Below, piece by piece: positions 59,720 to 64,000 of a stretch of 64,000 bases of DNA. The DNA is taken from positions 54,312,001 to 54,376,000 of the forward strand of contig NC_091982.1 in NCBI RefSeq assembly GCF_044704955.1. Direction: 5' to 3'. Each line of letters starts with the position of its first letter. The stretch's first letter is position 1. The translations under genes were made by a program, and so were the position numbers. The notes under the pieces are model-generated. The model did no database searches. It saw nothing but the letters and a program-made list of their open reading frames with translations, and was not told the origin of the DNA. This DNA comes from Pristiophorus japonicus. Its lineage: Eukaryota.

Positions 59720-60070
59720 GACAGGTGAAACATATAAGACTCTGAGGGGATTGACAGGATAAATGCTGAGAGAGTTTAGAACTAGGGGGCATAGACTCAG
59801 GATAAGGGGCTGGCCCTTTAAGACTGAGATGAGGAGGAACTTCTTCACTCAGAGGGCTGTGAATCTTTGGAATTCTTTAACCCAGAGTGCTGTGGATGCT
59901 AAGTTGTTGAATATATTCAAGGCTGAGATCAATAGATTTTTGAACTCTAGAGAACTCAAGGAATATGCGGATCGAGTAGGAAAGTGGAGTTGAGCTCGTG
60001 TTCTCATTGAATGGCGGAGCAAGCTCGAGGGGCTGTATGGCCTACACTTGCTCCTAATTCTTACGTACTT
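59720..60070 (+). mobile_element. CR1 3' end
   Basis: TRGHRLRI...NFFTQRAVNLWNSL. Confidence 0.8.
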
Positions 60071-60121
60071 AATTTTAAGACTTTTTTGAATCAATACAGG
60101 AGAAGCCATAACATTTTTCAA

Positions 60122-60427
60122 ATGAGACATTAAACTGAGGCCCTGTCTCCCCTCTCAGCAGGATACAAAAAATCCCATGGCACTATTCCAAGAATAGCAG
60201 GGGAGTTCTCCCCAGTGTCCTGTGCAATATTTGTTCCTCAACAACCAACATGACTAAAACAGATTATCTGGGTTGATTGCCTTTTTGTGGGACCTTTCTG
60301 TGCGCAAATTGTATCCTGCGTTTCCCAACATTACAATGAAGACTGCACTTCAAAAGTACTTCATTGGCCATCAAGCGCATTGGGGAATCCTGAACGGTGC
60401 TATATAAATTCAAGTCTTTCTTTCTTT
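60122..60427 (+). mobile_element. Deu-domain SINE
   Basis: Core plus tail gctatataaattcaagtctttc. Confidence 0.75.
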
Positions 60428-60899
60428 GCCAAAAAGAGCCTTAAAATTAGCAATTTTGCACCGCACTGAGAGTTTCAATACCTCAAAATGGAATAACAAA
60501 CCTTCGCCGGAGGTTTGGAAGAAAGAAAATATTCTCAACTTGCTAATGCTAATCATACGTATGGTTGGTTGCGTTGCTTTATTTAGCAGAATGGTAGACT
60601 GTCAGCAAAGATTTCTAGAAATATCAGCACATGTGTCAAAGAAATGTATAGAACAGAGGATTCTTCTGCCCTCCCCACTGGGGGTACAACAGTAGGGATT
60701 TTCTGTTTTGGGGAGGAGTCCCTGATGGTGTCATCAGTATTTTAAAACAATCTCTTAATCTCTCCCTTCTTCTTTTAGTGATGATAATCATTTTTTGCTC
60801 TCGGCTTACCAATATGTCAACCAGTGGAAATATTTATTTCTCTGTTAACTTTGTTAAACCCTTGATAATGCAGAAGCCCCTCTATCAGAGGTCCCCTTA

Positions 60900-61439
60900 A
60901 CCATCTCCATTCCAGCAAAAATAATGCGCTCCACTTCCTTTCTGGGGCGGTAGTGGGGCAGACATGTCGGGAGCAGGGTGCAGCGCTACACACTGGGCCG
61001 CGTTGCACTGCCACGTAGGAGGGGCTTTTCCCTTAATGGAATGGAAGGACATAAGCTGCATGCTCTGCACTATAAAAATGGGTCTCCTTGGGCCATCGGT
61101 TCGCAGGGGTGCCGTGCCAACAGCCCGGTCATGGCACAGACTCTGCATTCAAAGCGCCCATGGGGCGCACCAAAACATCGGACAATTGTTTTTTAAGTCA
61201 ATGCAACACCGCCCCCCCTTAAATATCGCACCACGAGCGACCAGCTGCACGGTTCATGTCTCCTGAAGCTGTTGTTGGCATTGCCTGGCACAGCTTTAGG
61301 GGGTGATACCCAATTTAGGGTCCGGGGCGCTACACGGCACTATCGGTTACCGCTGTCACTCCCGTGGAAATTAGCAGGGGTCATTAGTAGTGCCATGCCC
61401 AGGTGAAAATCATTTGCAGATGACCCAAATTTCCAGGCC
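60900..61439. mobile_element. Harbinger-like MITE fragment
   Basis: GC-rich; right terminus aaatttccaggcc. Confidence 0.4.
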
Positions 61440-62196
61440 TAAAGTCTCTTTTGCAACCTCTCCATGGTGTTTGCATTCTGCCACAAGTCGAACACCCCAA
61501 TCTACAGCCTTAGCAATAGTATCTATCGGTTTAGCAAAGGGGACCAGCATGTAAAGAGTGCAACGAATTGGCACTACATGTGTTCCTTTGCATGTGGCTT
61601 CTCGCTGGGGGCAAACGATCAATGGATTTACCCCGGTGCTCACTATCTGGGTGATTCAGTTCCACATGCATCTCATTCTCTGCCTAGTTGGGACGCCTCC
61701 TCACAGATTTCCATCAAGGTGCTCACTGGTGCTTGCAGTTCATTGTCATTAACATGCAATTTTCTTACTTGCCTTTAGTCATTCTCTGAAACAATTATGT
61801 ATTCTGCAACTGGATTAATGAAATTTGAGAGATTTATATCACTTACTGCTTCATTAGTTTGCTCCAGCAATGTTAAAGAATTTTTATCACAGATGCATCA
61901 TGACTAGTTGATATTTGTCCCTTAGAGGTTACAATAATGAAAATAGGTATGTCGCCCCTTATTTCTACTTATATCTATAATATTCAATCCCATTTCTAAC
62001 AAGACAACTTCTTGTTGTTTTATTTTGGTGGTTGAAGAAATTCCACTTTGCTGAGCAAACATGTCAGCAATGTATCTAGAATGAGCAGCCTGCCTGTATC
62101 ATTTTCCAAAGGGCAAACAAGATAAAATGAATGTTTTGTCCTTATTTGAAATGATACATGTCAAGATCCTTCCACAACAATTCTGTGACCTTGAAC

Positions 62197-63182
62197 TGTA
62201 AGTGGTTTCTCTTAGGTGTTTTCGAAGCACCCCCACTTTACACTAGTTCTAGCGCTGGGAGTGATTACGGTACTGAACAGATGAGTGAGTCAGCGACGAG
62301 TACCTTAGTCTCAACCAGCATTGCTTTTATTAAAGTTAAAGCACACACCTGCACCCAGTAAAAGCACACACACCCTGGTGTGTAAAACAAACAAATGCAG
62401 TACAAATCACAGTCTGGCCCATTTAAACAGGCACCTATTGCAAAGTACCCATGTCTAAAACCTCCCCTGAAAGCCCCTAATATATTGGTTGGGAGAACCC
62501 ACGATACTCTCTCACACCATAGCTGTGATCTTAAAAGATGTGTGTGTAGAGATGATGCTCACCAATTCGTTGGCTTACTCGCTGCTTCTCCTGATGAAAA
62601 CGTGTCTCTTCTAGTTTCTTCTCTCGGTCCCATACAGAGGGCTTGGTCCTTGTAGAGGCTAAGCGAGCGAGATCAAGCGAGCGAGCTATGGCCACCCAGC
62701 ATCTTTTATACCCTCATACTGTCCTCCCTTTCAGGCCGAATAAAGTTTGTTGTTGTTTCGAGGCTTCCTGTGGGTGTGTCTTCTTTTTGTCCAATAAAGT
62801 TTCCTTGTTTTCGAGGCTTCCTGTTTTGAGTCCAGTGATGAGTTTTCACTTCCGACCGGTCTGGGCTTAATGGCTTTCTATTGTTCAGGTATCTCATCCA
62901 GGTAATGGCTCGATCACTGATCAGTTCACTTGATCTACCGTTGACGAGTTCGCATTGCTTAACAATGGACTCTCCATCTGCTCATCACCTGCAATGAATT
63001 GCCTTATCTTGGCTATTGTATTCCCAGACCCCCTGCCCATCATTCTAAGTCCAACATGGAGAAGTACCTGGGTCCCTCCCACAAACAGCTTCCAGCTTAT
63101 TTCTGTCTTGAGAAAAATATGTCCAACGAATCCTTGGGGATTAAAACGTAATGTCCAGATCCTTGGGGATTCAATGCTTACA
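62197..63182 (-). mobile_element. Long solo LTR (986 bp)
   Basis: TGTAAG...CTTACA ends, perfect 4-bp TSD GAAC, homologous to 15088-16252. Confidence 0.85.
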
Positions 63183-63444
63183 GAACAACCCATCTCCAAA
63201 CGCTTGCTAGCAGACAAGTAAGGATGAATTCAACTCGGTCATCTGCAACTTCCAAACTTGAGGAGGAACTCCCTAGCTTTAGATATTGTTACTCGGCAGT
63301 CCAACCATCAGGAGCTGTGACCTGGAACATGGCCTTCCTGTAAAACTCACAGGGGTGGAAATTCGCTCGCGTCTCTATTGCAGCGCTAATCCCGGCGGAG
63401 CAGTAAATTTTGCGCTGGCAAATTGTTTGCGTCTGCCGCCACAA

Positions 63445-64000
63445 AGTTCATCATTATTTGTTCATGGGATGTGGGGCATCGCTGGCAAGGCCAGCATTTA
63501 TTGCCCATTCCTAATTGCCCTTGAGAAGGTGATGCTGATCCGCCTCCTTGAACCACTGCGTTCTGTATGATGAAGATACTTCCACGGTGCTGTTAGGGAG
63601 GGAGTTCCAGGGATTTACCCCAGAAAGGATAAAGAACATAAGAACATAAGAACTAGGAACAGGAGTAGGCCATACAGACCCTCGAGCCTGCTCCGCCATT
63701 CAATAAGATCATGGCTGAACTGATCATGTACTCATCTCCACCTCTCCGCCTCCCCATAATCCCTTATCTCCTTATCGTTTAAGGAACAACGATATATTTC
63801 CAAATCAGGATGGAGTGTGACTTGGAGGGGAACTTGCAGGAGATGATGTTCCCATGCGCCTGCTACCCTTGTTCTTCTAGGTGGTCGAGGTCGCGGCTTT
63901 GGAGGTGCTGCCGAAGAAGCCTTGGTGAGTTGCTGCAGTGCATCTTATACATGGTTCACACTGCAGCCACGGTGTGCCGGTGGTGGAGGGAGTGAATGTT
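63445..64000 (-). mobile_element. RTEX-like LINE 3' end with a CR1 tail nested at 63632-63783
   Basis: Reverse of the 14620-15050 type; aagaacataagaacataag tail. Confidence 0.7.

Noticed and set aside
60426-60850. Host exons in unique DNA
   Set aside because: Splice signals are weak or conflict between strands and the peptides are unrecognisable

Overview
Repeat-dense vertebrate DNA. The CR1, Deu-domain SINE, Penelope and Mag-type Gypsy repertoire points to a cartilaginous fish (inference). No host protein-coding gene is recognisable, only weak minus-strand exon candidates. The main feature is a 12.8-kb endogenous retrovirus at 45556-58328 (+) with a tRNA-Ser PBS, a 5-bp TSD, gag/pol joined by an in-frame TGA, a small intact transmembrane ORF between pol and env, and an env that resembles the F-protein-like env of lokiretroviruses. 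The provirus carries a ~7.7-kb imperfect palindrome that can be reconstructed as two successive template switches around a CR1 insertion. The window also holds four short-LTR Mag-like Gypsy elements (two retain Gag-protease but have pol replaced by repeats or relics), several solo LTRs with TSDs, nested CR1s, SINEs, Harbinger-like MITEs and a ~0.9-kb local duplication. All identities and divergences are by-eye estimates; no searches were run.
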